A stretch of DNA of 64,000 nt, from the NCBI GenBank assembly GCA_977020255.1, contig CDROCS010002739.1, forward strand, positions 124,001 to 188,000. Direction: 5' to 3'. Below are positions 36,046 to 48,700 of the stretch, one piece after another. The notes under the pieces were generated by a model. The model saw only the letters and a list, made by a program, of their open reading frames with translations, had not been told where the DNA came from and did no database searches. This DNA is from Obrimoposthia wandeli (lineage: Eukaryota). Positions within the stretch are counted from its first letter, which is position 1. Every line of letters begins with the position of its first letter. The position numbers and the translations under genes are program-made.

Positions 36046-36650
36046 CGGACGATTTTGTGAAACTCCTCAGCGGAAACCATCTCGCAGTCTTTGAAGTAGC
36101 TCTGGACGGCGATCTGCAGCTGCTTGTAGATGAGGAAGAGCGGAACAGTGCTCTGTGGACTTTCTATGTAGTTGTTAGCGAGCCACTTTCTGACGTAGTC
36201 CTCCTTGTTGCGGATGACAGGCGAGGCAGCTGCATGTCGTGGCGGATTGAAGGTGTGGCAGTGTACTGTGACAGGGGTCGCCGGTGCGGTACCACTGACC
36301 CGATGCAGTCTGGGTGGAGGTGCGACTCCGCCGCGATGGGGGGTCTTGTGTCGCGATTGCTGGGGCACAGGGACATGTGCTGACGGTGTGGTGCTGCATT
36401 TGTGTTGACCTGACTGCGCTGATATGTCGCTGCGATTGGGGACACCTGTGACACGGCGAGGGGACGCTCGGGTCATCGTAGAGGCTGCACTGGGACCCGT
36501 CCGTAGGGGGGACACAGCTGACAAGGGGGTGGCGGGCTTGCTGCTGGTGGAGGGAGCACAAGACGATGGTGATGATATGCTGGAGGTGGCAATGAGATTG
36601 CTGCTGCTGCTTGTGTTGGTGCTGCTGATGCTAACGGGCTCCACTGACTT
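36046..36650 (-). CDS. ARID2: ARID2 coding exon 10 (S/P-rich linker plus RFX-like winged helix)
   Basis: CTCGCAG| ... CG|GTATGT; EDYVRKWLANNYIESPQSTVPLFLIYKQL...EFHKIVR vs human [29 protein letters not shown]...GFYKCLR. Confidence 0.92.
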
Positions 36651-37622
36651 CTGCGAGAAGATAGACGAACATTGAGAAATATAGCACAACCCAAATAATT
36701 TAGTAAAATACAGAATATTGTTCATTTCAATTCGATAAATGAAGATTAGTTGTTATGTTGAAATTATATTTTATTTATTTTGGTAAAAAAATAAAATAAA
36801 GATTAAGAATTAAGCAAATTTCAAATTGAAAATAATAGTCCAAATAAACAAACACTATCTCTAAATTGAAATGGTCTACTAGATCTCCAAACATTTTCCC
36901 ATTGACAAGGGAATATTCCATACAGGACACTTCTTATATTACAAATATGTAAATATTTAAAATATATCAGTTCTATCATTCATAACTGCTAAAAACCTGT
37001 AAAACTTGAAAAATGTTGAACTTAAAATTAATAATGGGTTTAAATAGTTCAAATTACAAACACAACTGGTTTTGAAATACTTGATATTGTTTTCTTTTTT
37101 AATAGATTTATTTAGCTATTAAGCACATATTCATCGTCTATTCAATATAATTAACGTATAAATTAAATTTATTAAGATTGAAGGATAGTGATTGGGATTA
37201 TTCCCTTGTGAACAAGTTTGGAATGACGGATTTCTTAAAATATTATAAATGAACCTATGCAAATCTTTCTTGGTAGATTGAAAGAATATATGAGGGTAAT
37301 TAAAAATAACTGTTACAACTTTAGCTCCTATTAATTTACACAATACAGTTTGTATGCATGTAAAAACTTATTAAGTATTGTATGAATAATTAGGAACTGA
37401 AGTTGTAACAGTTATTTTAAATCATCCTCAATTGTCAAATATGTTTATCTGAACAGGAATTAAACAAATTACTAATCTTTCTTTGAATAATCTAAAGGTA
37501 ATATTTTTGTTGTTGGAATAATAAAAGTTAATCCTAAACTACCTCTATAATAAATGTTATTCTGCGATGTCATGTTGGGTAAATTCCTTCGTAAACTGAC
37601 AGTGATACAGTATTAAATGTAC

Positions 37623-38085
37623 CTGGGTGAGGCCTGGTGAAGTCAGAACTGTCTGTGGAGAGGGAACAACTGATGTGTGTGACGAAGAAGGCAAAATGGC
37701 GGAGGACACTGTGGTGGGACAGGTAGAGACAGATGAGGAAGAAGCGAGGGAGAACTTCATGGTGGGCGCAGGCGGAGGCGGCATGAGGCTGGAATTGAAC
37801 TGGTGAAGGCTGATAGTGGATGCAGCAGATGCTGTGGTAGATGCAGAGGCGGGACCCGGTAGTATAAGACGACTGGAGAGAAGCATTGGTTGCTCGCTGG
37901 GACCGACCGGGACCACTGGCTGTTCCGAGAAGTGAGTTGAGGGGGCTGGGCCCGGAGCCGCAGATATGAGTGTGGGACCCTGCATCACGCGTATCCTGAC
38001 CAGGCTCTGGGTGCCCATCACCTGTGCCTCAAGGCTCAGCAGCGTACACAGTGTCGGCAAGAGCTCGTGAGAACAGTCCACCAGT
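37623..38085 (-). CDS. ARID2: ARID2 coding exon 9
   Basis: GATCCAG| phase 2, CAG|GTACAT; LLPTLCTLLSLEAQVMGTQSLVRIRVM vs human [27 protein letters not shown]. Confidence 0.92.
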
Positions 38086-38598
38086 CTGGATCGGAATGTC
38101 AATTTAAATCAAATTCAATTGAAAACTCAATTCAAATTCATATAAATTCAATTCATTCAATTTCACCTTGAATTCAAATCCAAGTATTAAATGAAAATAC
38201 ATCTAGATAGACACCTATATTTCACAATTTAAAACTAAAAATAATAAACTACAAATTGAGAAAATCTTTAATTTCAAATTAAGTAAATTAAATTGATAAA
38301 AACTAATGAAATGGGAGTTTTAAATTTCCAAACGTTTCCTCTAATTTTCAGGGTAAGCGAAAATAAGAATGGAAACCATAATGGAGTCTATTTTTGATAA
38401 CTTTTTCCCATGAAGATTGTCCATATTAATGTCTCATATTTATAAACATGCAAAGTTAACCAATGTTATATGTAGTAGATTAATTGAAACAACAAAATTT
38501 CTAAATTTAGGTAACATGTAAATATTTATTCAAACCGAAAAATCTCACAACATGTATATAAAAGTATTAGAATGGATACGTTTGAAATCACATCCAAC

Positions 38599-38788
38599 CT
38601 GCAGCAGAGGAGTCCGTCGATTTCTGATATACAAAATACTGCTTCCAAGGCCAGAACGACAATATACAGATCGTGAAGAATTGTGTTTGCTATCAGCTTG
38701 GAATAAAATGAGTCTGGAAGATTGTTGAAGAAGCCGAGATTGTCGCTCGACACCTTCAGGTCTGAAAGACGACTAACGATCTCGAGAC
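38599..38788 (-). CDS. ARID2: ARID2 coding exon 8 (ARM-like)
   Basis: TTTAACAG| phase 1, AG|GTTGGA; GLEIVSRL...DSFYSKLIANTILHDLYIVVLALEAVF vs human GMEILGNL...[26 protein letters not shown]. Confidence 0.92.
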
Positions 38789-38921
38789 CTGTTAAAGTTA
38801 TTACATTTTAAATCCAATTAAAATAGAATTAAAATTTATTATTATAAAAAATTATTTAAAAATTAAATAATGAATGATCGTATACTGATGATTGTCAGCA
38901 GTACAATATATGCAAAATTAC

Positions 38922-39278
38922 CTCTAAGCCGGTCGAAGCGGTCCTCGCTATCGACGAGACCAGGCAAAAGCTGCAGCAGAGTGGGCTCCAGCACGCCACC
39001 AACTGGGAAGCGCAGCAGCGCCAGTAGTTCAAGGCCGAGCTGGCGTAGCGCGGTGTGACTGGAGTGCGCCAGAAGCAAGATCATACGGATGGCGTGTGGT
39101 GTCTGAGACAAGAGCTGGCAGTTTGGGTCGCTGTCGAGGAGCAGGTTGCGCAACAGAGTGGCCACAAGCAGCACGCGAGCGCCCAGATCGTCAGTTGCGG
39201 CCATTTGGTCACCGGGAATCTGACCGAGTATACTTATGAGCGGGTCCATCGGCGGCGGTGGCAACTCTGACTCGGTAC
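38922..39278 (-). CDS. ARID2: ARID2 coding exon 7 (ARM-like)
   Basis: GTGCAG| ... G|GTAATT; RVLLVATLLRNL...AHSSHTALRQLGL...SEDRF vs human RVLQIAVILRNL...AHSHFISLRQLGL...SRDRF. Confidence 0.95.
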
Positions 39279-39354
39279 CTGCACGACAGCAATTAGCAAT
39301 GAGCTTGAATTGAGATAGAATTTATTTTAGACAACTGTAAACGAAAATTATTAC

Positions 39355-39421
39355 CGGTATCAAATATGGAAGGATGCAAGTATTTTCTGGCCTCTCCATC
39401 CGAGATTGTGTCATTCCAGTA
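39355..39421 (-). CDS. ARID2: ARID2 coding exon 6 (67 nt)
   Basis: TTCTGCTTCAG|TAC TGG ... G|GTAATA; YWNDTISDGEARKYL vs human FWKDIVDDNEVRDLI. Confidence 0.85.
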
Positions 39422-40899
39422 CTGAAGCAGAAATTCGTTAATTATCGTTCTGCAAATTTCACAACCTTCCAACACGATAGCAGGACAAAACAAAAGTTAT
39501 TTGATAAAAATTGAATCCCCAAAAGAGGAATGCAGTTGAGTACGTTAAGCCATTAGTGAACAGGGTATCATACAATTTATAAGTTTGTCAAAAATATTTT
39601 AATAATTAATTATTTGAAGTGTTTATTTAAAAAATTGAATATATGAAACATATTAGAGTCTTGACCAGACGGTATGTTAATTTCCCCCTACTTTTATTTA
39701 TAAATAATAAATATGAATAACTCAAGTTTAATTTTTCAACATTTTGAATGAATTACAAAAATTGCTACACAAAATATGAAATATTCTTTATTCAGATTAC
39801 AGATTATCGACACGTGATTCTTTAAAATGCTTTTTAAATTGAGGCTGAAGTAAATGAGAGAATCAGAAAAAAAAAGAAATTTATATCTTAACTTTTTCAA
39901 ATTTATTTCGCAAAATGGTGCAGATGCGCTTAAAAGACAAATATAGGTCACACAACATATGAAGGTTACTGCAATTAAATTAGACTAATTATATATTATT
40001 CAAATAAAAAGTAAATCGAAAGAAGCAAGTCATCAAAAATTAGGTTTGACTTAACAGAAACCTTTACACATTATGTAACCTCTATATTCAAATATACACC
40101 GACTTAGAGTTTGGTAGTTTTTCTGAATAGTGTTACATGTGAAAAATTCTATTTATTTAACCATGAAAATGTTTAATTTATTTAATAAAAACAACTTCAT
40201 ATTAAATTATAGCTCAATTATTTACCAACTAAACTTAAAACTTATTTTTAAATTTCAAAATACTTTTAATATTAAAAAACTTATAAAAACTTATAAATTT
40301 TTTAGAGTCATAAATATAATAAATAAATTTTAAAAATGTAACAATTAGAATTTAGAAATTCAATTAATTGATATGAAAATGAATGATTGCTTTTATTTTA
40401 TCATTTACGTGTTTTATATTTTTACTTTTTTTAACCTTTATATATATATTTTTTAATTACTAGTTACTTTAAAAACAAACAATAGAAGAAAACAATTACT
40501 GTTCTATTAATTAGTATATTAATATTATTATAAAAGTTTCTATTAAATTAATTTGTCTAGGTTTCTACTGCTTCATTCAAAATTTTAAAATATTAAATAA
40601 ATATAAATTATACAAAATCTTAGAAATTTAATTACTCCCGTTTTTCAGATGAGGGTTTTTTTGTCAAACCAAATTTACTTAAAAAGGTTTTTTTAGAACT
40701 TTGCATACATAAAATGTTAACAAATTTGAGAAACAAATGAATATTTTTCTTTCAAAAATTAGATGTTTTGTTTTCTTTTTAATTTTAAATTACATTTCAG
40801 ATTGGTGAAATGCACTTTGTGGGGATTCTTAGCTTATGCTGATTTATTTCGACTATACAATTCCACTAACATTTGTACTAAAGAAGTCATGATACTAAC

Positions 40900-40952
40900 C
40901 TGTATAAATCTCTTCATTTTTCGATCATATTTTGACAAGTTCACGATTGCAT
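40900..40952 (-). CDS. ARID2: ARID2 coding exon 5 (53 nt)
   Basis: TTGATTCAG| phase 1, CAG|GTTAGT; ...RKMKRFIQ joins exon 6 to give RFIQYW (human RDFVKFW). Confidence 0.8.
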
Positions 40953-42305
40953 CTGAATCAAAATGAAAATAACAATAAAAATAATAATAATTGACCAAAT
41001 CATTGGTTAACAATCGCTCAATGACATACAATGAAATTTCTTCAAACGAACGACGTCGATTGGTTTATTATTCCACTTCTTCCCACATTATGCTTTAGAT
41101 TTTAGCGTGTAGATTTACCTAAAGATCCCGATGCATTTTCGTAAAATATTCGCTTGGCGATCAAATTTAATTAAACACCTTTAACATGTGTATTATACAC
41201 TACATACCAGAATAATGCTGGGTTTGAAGTTGATTAGATATAAATCAGGTTTCCTCGCATTTGATTTCCTATTCTAACTTGATATTTTGCAGCCACAGTT
41301 GCTAGTCAAATGTGCCACATGAATTCTTCAAATTTGCAGAACTGTTTTCGGAATTGTCGCTAGGGGGTATATTTCCCTTTGTTTTGAAGTCTTCACAACC
41401 CTCTACTAATGCATACGAAATTTTTATTCAATTATTACACAACAATTAAATATAGATTCGTAAAGGTTTAATTTAGAGTTATATAATGAATGTGATATTA
41501 ATAAAATGATATATGTGGTTATTTTTGTTTATTTTGATTTGGGTATTTTATTCATAAAATCGGTCTTCATTTATGTTTCAGGTTCTGAAAGAGCCAACTT
41601 TAGTTGTTCTTTGTGTTTCAACAGATGGTGCATTTTTCAAACAAAAGTATTTTCTTAATTATGAAAGTGTACCATCACATTGATAGAATGAGGACGGAAT
41701 AGTGCAACATTGCATTCCTCAATTGCAGTCATACCTGGACGTTACAAGGTCAACATTAGAAACATGGCTTTCATTTGATCATAAAAGATGGAAAGTTACG
41801 AAAAGCAAAATTTTAAAGAGTCTGTAGATGGATTGTTGATGCGTGGAAAGATTTGTCGGCTATTTGCATGGCTTCTGAAAAGCTAAAATCAATAATGGAG
41901 ACATGAATGATTTCAACGCTGAAATCAAAAGGGGATAAATGTCAACTGCCTTTTTAGGAGTATTGGAGCAGTTCAAACTATGAGCTATTGATGATGCTTT
42001 TTTACTCTTTCATGTATAATGCGAATATATTTTGTATAAATTTGGTTTATTGTATCTTTCTACTTCCGAAAATGCGTGCACTATAGTCGGAATTTTCTGA
42101 TACTACGATACTCTAAATGCAGCTTGTAAATTATTTTACAATTTTGGTAAAATTGTAGATAATCTCTTAGAAAAGTTTCATAAGCATTACTGAAGGAGTA
42201 ACCAATATGTACAATTATTGAATCCTTAGTATAGCCCTATGTTGGTTGTATTATTTTACAAATCTAGGTTGAGTCCTGAACAACAGATGCATTAGTTGGG
42301 CTCAC

Positions 42306-42741
42306 CACGGTCACATAGGCCCACGGCTGCAAGCAGACAGTCGAGCAGACGCGGGTTGCGGTTGAGGTGCACCGAGTCCGGTTGACAGGACATGAGCAAC
42401 AGCGCATTCAGAGCGAGTTCAATCTCGTTGTGAAGGCCGGACCTCAGTGCCAGCTCAAGCCGATCCATCTCGGTGGGCTGCGCAAGCTGAGTACTGAGAC
42501 CGGCCGCCTCCCGACAGTGCGCTGGCAGCTGATGAGTATCGGCGTGATACACCATGCTCACTGGGTGCACCAGATTGAAGTAGTGCTGACTGTGATGGTG
42601 CACGCTACCACTGCCGCCGGCACCGCTGCTGCTTCCGTGGTGGTAGTGGCCGTTGATGAACTGGCTGGAGTGACCGCCCATGTCGCGCGCCTTGTATCGC
42701 GGGTGCACGCTCGGACTTTCAGACTCCATCTGCGTGGACAG
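42306..42741 (-). CDS. ARID2: ARID2 coding exon 4
   Basis: TTGACAG| phase 0, G|GTGAGC; DRLELALRSGLHNEIELALNALLLMS...PRLLDCLLA vs human [26 protein letters not shown]...PKIITLLLA. Confidence 0.95.
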
Positions 42742-43448
42742 CTGTCAATATAGCCCACTTCTCAGCTAACATTTGCTCTTTATTTCTGAATAATAAGCTT
42801 TACGTTTTGATACTTTAAGCTTCCAAAAAACTGCGGTTTAATGTGTGGTAAAATTTCGGTTTGGTGCTTGAATCACAAGTACTATACTCAGTCAAATTTC
42901 TTCGCCATCCATGTTTAGAAAATAAAAGTTAATATTAACTAATTCTTTGACTCTTTTTATATTGCTTTTTTCTCATGTTTTGTCTTTGTTTGGATATACC
43001 TATTTTTTTACTTTTTGAACAATCAAATTAATGATATTAGAAATTCATTTCAATTCATCTTCCGCCATGTTTAAAAATAGACTACGCGAAGGACTAGAAA
43101 TCCACTACTGCGGCATTACTTAATCTGATGCATCAAGCTAATTTCATTTGCCCAGTTATTTGGCCCGTCTGAACAAAGGCGCTTCTTGTCGCTAAAAATA
43201 TTTTACTAATTAAAATTCCTGTATATTTTAACATAGATTATATTGTATAAATAGTTTGTGTGGATTTTGCGAGAATAAATATATGTGATACAGATTTAAG
43301 AATGGTTTTATTCAAACCAGCATAGAAATAAATCCAAATACTCATATTTTTAAATAAACTAGAGAATATGTTTTCGATGCTGTTCAGTGCTATTAGCACT
43401 TAGTAATCATGAGTTCATGTCAATAAATGCAAGATCTTCTCAAAGTAC

Positions 43449-43616
43449 CTGTAGCTCCTCCTCGATCTCGTTGATTGTCGCCTTATTGCGATGTAGGCGT
43501 TCGTATGGCTCCAGGTATCGCTGGTATATACTGCGCAGGGCCATGATTGCATTGGAGCATCGCAGAGGCACCGACAGAGCCAACATTACTTCTTCCCATG
43601 CAGAGTCCGTCGTCAT
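43449..43616 (-). CDS. ARID2: ARID2 coding exon 3 (ARID C-terminal helices)
   Basis: TTTGTCAG|ATG ... CAG|GTACTT; WEEVMLALSVPLRCSNAIMALRSIYQRYLEPYERLH vs human [36 protein letters not shown]. Confidence 0.95.
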
Positions 43617-46600
43617 CTGACAAACAAGCAATGTTCTATTAAACATTAAATCAGAAATGCATTAAGCAAATTATCCCTACACATGTATTAACTATTTTCC
43701 CTTTATGACCCTTGGATTGTCACACAGTGCATGGTTTTAGTTCGATATGTACATCTGTGTTAAACAAGTGAGAATGCGATGTGAGATTGTTTTATGTGCC
43801 ATTGAAATGGGGTGTTTTTGAGGGAGTGTACAGTATTGGCAATTTGACACTATTTTTGCCTCCATTTGATTGAAGGTATCATGAGAAAATGGCAGTTCTT
43901 GACCATTTTGGAGACGCATAAACAGCCGATATTTAATTATCTTGCAAACCCTGTAAGAGTAGTTGACTGACTTAGGAATAGCCTAGATCTTAACTCTGTT
44001 GAAAATCGTTGACAGGTGGAAAAATATTGTTGAAAATGTTAAAATGTGATATAGTTATTAATAAAGATTCAAGTACTATTGGCATCGTGACGCTGATATT
44101 CAGGAATGGATTCAAAACATTCATTTTCTCGGATATTTTTAGCATACAAGGTTGACTTACATCGTTTGATGAACTGGCTGACACAACACAGCGCAATTTA
44201 GCTGTAAACGTCTATGGTTTAAATAATTTTATACATCAAAAGGGAGGTTTGTTCGTTATATCTAACGTTGAATTGTTCAAGTGCATTTTAAAAAACAGTA
44301 AAATTTTTAATATGAATTAGAGTTTTTTAATCCGCTATGACATTTTTATATACGGGGTGTGGAAATAAAAATGTTCAATAGTATTAAAATTTGAATTAAT
44401 TACAAATAGGAAAAATATTCAGGACAACTGTAATGATATTTGAATGAAAAATCACAAATATTTTTCATATTTACAAAATACTCTCAAAAAATATTTGTCA
44501 GAAACAATGTTAAAATATGAACTACCCAAAAACAGTATTAGAGATATAAACAAATTGAATAATATTGTTTAATTGTTAGGTTAATTGTTAAAGTTTCCTA
44601 TATTTAAATATAAAAAGACAATAGTGTTCGTATTTAATAAATCATGGTTTTAAAAAGGTTCCCTAAATCCGATCGGACAATTAATATCAGATTTATTGAC
44701 AATGATGCCAAAGCCAGGGATTTACAAACGAGAAGACTTAGGACAGTTTATAGAAAAGCTCCCAAACTTTTTCAATTTTAAAATATTTCTTGAAAATGAC
44801 TGAGAATTTTCTACCAGGGAATTTTTAAATACTGTAGCACTGAAAAAATATAAAATGTGTCAGAGTGTTTATCACAAAAATTCGCTTCGAAATGCATTTG
44901 AAGAAAAAAACAAATTTAGCAGTGTATTTGCTGACAAATATCTAGAAAAAAGCAGATTTGGGTGTCGAAGACTATTTCAAGAAACTTATTGAAATAAGTC
45001 GATAATTTTTAAGACATATTTTTGCGAAAACAGAACTGATATCATTCTTTCTAACTCATCAAAGAATGAGATCCAGATGTTTGAAACAACTCGAGAAATA
45101 TTAAACAATCAAAGAAGGATAATATAGAAGCAGATAAAAGGCAAGCATGCTCGTCATTTACGAAACGCATGGTCCCAGTTGTATGTTGGTAAATTGGATG
45201 GTTTTTGAAAGCAGAGGAACCTGAAACTCATTCTCAATTTTCTCAAATATGCTACAATATGATTGCTTGTTAAAAATAAGCCTATAGTGCCAGTTTTAAT
45301 AATTAGACATCTTTGGGTATTGATTTTCTGAAGATTCAACAGATGTTTCAATGGTACGGTTGCAATTGTTAATCGATTTAAATGCAAATTCCCACCGACA
45401 AGTTTACTGTACTAATGAAGTCGCCTGGGAAATTCGAGTAATACACTTCATAATAATTGAAAGTAGAATCAAAACCAATTTTAATTTCTGTTTTGTGAAC
45501 TTAATGTTGGCAGTTAATTTTTTACAATCATTTAATTCATGTTTCTTTATGATAACTTTGTAAATATAAGTTTTATTCATACACATGGTGCCGGAACAAG
45601 TTCTGAATTAAGAGGAGCTCACTGTTGGTAGCTACAAAGTAATTAAAACAACAACAAACGAGTTCTTATGAGCACTTATTTGTTACACTACTCTTCAAGT
45701 TCTTCATCACAACTAACAAGAGTAAAGTGAGAATCCCAAATCTTTTTTAACATACATGTCAGGAATAATGTGGGAATATTATCTGTCCATAAACATTCTT
45801 ATAGTTATTAAAGCTAGAATGTTAGGTTTCATAGATTTATGTATTTAAAAACATTTTAAAAACAAAAATAAATCCAGTAAATGAATTAAAAAACAATATT
45901 AATAAGGTTCCATTTAATGTCAAATAAACTTCCAAAATTTCCATTCTAAAAATGGGAATAAATTAGTTACAATTTTAACTTATACAAACATGAAAATGAG
46001 TATATCAATATCTTTTAAAATAATGAATGAGAGCAGAAATTTTGCTAACGTTTTCTTAGAATTTATAAGTAAAATTGAAAATACCATAAAAATCTGAAAT
46101 TTCTTTTGATTACTTTCTTTGTGTGTACGAAAAATATTCTATCAAAAGATTGAATGAACCCAAAAATTTCAGTCCAGTAAAAGATTAAATTATTAAATTT
46201 TGAGTCAATAATTTTCTTGAAATATTGGAATATTTTGCAAATAAATATCTGGAAATTGGAAAATATAATTGATTTCAGTCAATTTTAGTGAGACGAATAT
46301 TAAAAATGTTTAACTTAATTGGATGCATCATTTTAATTGCCACTTCTTTTATAGATAAATTGACGCTTTTTTAATATTCTGTTAGATAAAATAATTAAAA
46401 TTATTCAAACGTACAAAATTGTTTCAAAGATAACTTTATTAATTTATAAATCGTAAAGGGCAGGGGCTTGGCTTTCATGTCAAGAGTTCAAAGAGAAGTA
46501 TCTGGAAATTTTCAATGTATTTCGTTTTTCTCCCTGATGCAGTTAATTATTGGATAATTAAATTGGTTTTATTTATTTAGTTTTGAAGAAAAGAAAATAA

Positions 46601-48208
46601 TTATAAGATTTCATTTTTATCATTCACAACTGCTCTATACCTGTAATACCAAGTAATTGTATACTAAGAGAACAAATAAATTATTTTTAAATATTTTAGA
46701 TGGTCAAAATTTACAATAAATCTAGTTTTGAGAGAATTATTTTCCACGATTATGTATGTAGGTTATATAAATAAACAAATTTTATTATTTTCTCATAAAT
46801 AAAACAAAGATTAAAAACAGAAATCCTTTTTAATTTTTATAAATCGCTTTTTAGTTATCTTCTCTTAATATTTATATTTAGTAAATATTGAGCATAGTTT
46901 GACAGTCAATTTAATATTTGAAAACTATAATATTACAATTATTAAGATTGAAGGATACAGGTCGGATTAATCGTTTGTAAATATGTCAGAATGACAAATA
47001 ATATATGAATTTATCAAACACTATTTTTATGCTCGGTATTTATGCAGACCTTGTAGCACATGTGTTTTCAATCAATTTACGAACATTTCAACATTCGTTG
47101 CAACGTTCAAAAATAAATAGTAAAATATTAAGATTATTGTTCAAATTAAGGTTGATAAACTTGCACTACTTACATACATATATCAACGAAGTGCCAAATT
47201 AACTGTCAAGCTATCCTAGAGAAAACAACTGCAATTGATATGTTAGAGCAGTTTTGCTTTGTTCACATTGACGATCAATGGCTATCAGAGAAAGACGGGA
47301 CTCAAGTGTGATTGGTATGACAAAGACAATTGTTGGAGAGCACATGTCGTCACACACAAACTTAGCGACAGACATTGGTTTTCGTGGCGGGAGATTTTGA
47401 TCAGCAGTACAGCAAAAGTACAGCAGCTCTTTCTTCGTTTTCGTCATCACCATCTTCGACACACTCACAAACATACTGACATAAACATACACACATACCT
47501 ACAGATAGACATATTTAAATGCTGGCGATTTTTACGGTGAAATTCGGCTAACCTGTTCACTAACTCCCATGCCGAATGTAGACAGCTCGACAATTCACCA
47601 ACACAATACTCTACACGACCTCCACACATCCACACATGCAATAGTGTTACTATATTTAGTATCATCATCATCATTATCCAGGTATCATAGGTTCTTAGCT
47701 TGGGCTCCAGAAAACGACAGCGTGAAAACGTCAGCTGAGAAACACACACACAAACACGAAGCATGAAATTGTTAGATCAAATTTGACCTTGAACGGACAC
47801 TATTCAGTCAATCAGTGACGCAATTGACAACGCGACTGCTCAATATCCGATCAGCTGTTTCAGTAAATTATTATTATTTTCGCCACTATTATAGTAACAC
47901 AGTGTATCAGTAGTATAATGGTGGCAGTAGTTTCAACGTGTATTTCAACAGTAGCAGTTGTAGTAGCTGTGTTTTGCAGTTCTGAGGCAGACAATCTCCA
48001 AATGTGGAATCTCTTGTTACTAAAAATGGCACTAGATAATGAATTCGCTGTGTATGATAGAGATTATGTATATTTATAAATATAACGAAATCTGTTGTCA
48101 GGTCTGCGCTATTCTATTCCACTCTACATCTGCCTTTCACATCACGTGACTATCTGACTTTGGGGTTCCCCTATACGAAACAGGTAACGTATCCTTGACA
48201 ACACTAAC

Positions 48209-48302
48209 CTTCTTGATACCTCCTCGTCTGGCAACTTCATTATACATACGCATGAGATTGATTTTTCGTCCCAACACTGTTGGAGTGTGCCGAAATGGTG
48301 TA
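48209..48302 (-). CDS. ARID2: ARID2 coding exon 2 (ARID core, 94 nt)
   Basis: CTTCTTTCAG| phase 2, AAG|GTTAGT; TPFRHTPTVLGRKINLMRMYNEVARRGGIKK vs human [31 protein letters not shown]. Confidence 0.93.
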
Positions 48303-48358
48303 CTGAAAGAAGCGAAAAAACATCAATTGTGAATAATTGTCAACAAAGCACTACTCAC

Positions 48359-48486
48359 TATTGGGTTTCATGCAGCTTGATGAGTTCTTCGAGGAATTTT
48401 GTAGGGGTTTTGTCAGTCACTTGCGGTAGGTAGCTAAATACCACAGGAGCGATTACACTGGATTTTCGATTGTTACGACTCGACAT
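48359..48486 (-). CDS. ARID2: ARID2 coding exon 1 (start codon)
   Basis: TTTACACAG|ATG TCG ... TA|GTGAGT, then a 56-nt intron; KFLEELIKLHETQY vs human AFLDELRQFHHSRG. Confidence 0.88.
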
Positions 48487-48629
48487 CTGTGTAAACAATT
48501 AATCCAGATTCAATCAAAATAATTAAACTCTTCCCGAATATTATTTCCTATCACAAAAAAGCTTCAACATAATTACAATTAAAAAATAAACCACAACAAA
48601 CTATATGCAACATAATAAATAATTCTCAC

Positions 48630-48700
48630 CTTTAATGATTCATATTTGCAATATGTATGTCCAGGGGTTGACAATCTGGGACAATAGAAATCGAAGATCA
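48630..48700 (-). other. ARID2: Probable ARID2 5' UTR exon (upstream boundary not resolved)
   Basis: AAAG|GTGAGA donor upstream of the acceptor that abuts the ATG. Confidence 0.4.

Noticed and set aside
23181-42758. Many overlapping GC-rich ORFs on both strands around ARID2 exons
   Set aside because: Alternative-frame or antisense shadows of GC-rich exons
43737-43950. Open frame after TTACAG as the missing ARID exon 2
   Set aside because: No suitable phase-0 donor and poor similarity; the true exon is at 48209-48302
47465-47764. ORF with WELVNRLAEFHRKNR as the ARID2 N-terminal coding exon
   Set aside because: Far better matches with conserved intron phases exist at 48359-48486 and 48209-48302; kept only as a possible alternative first exon
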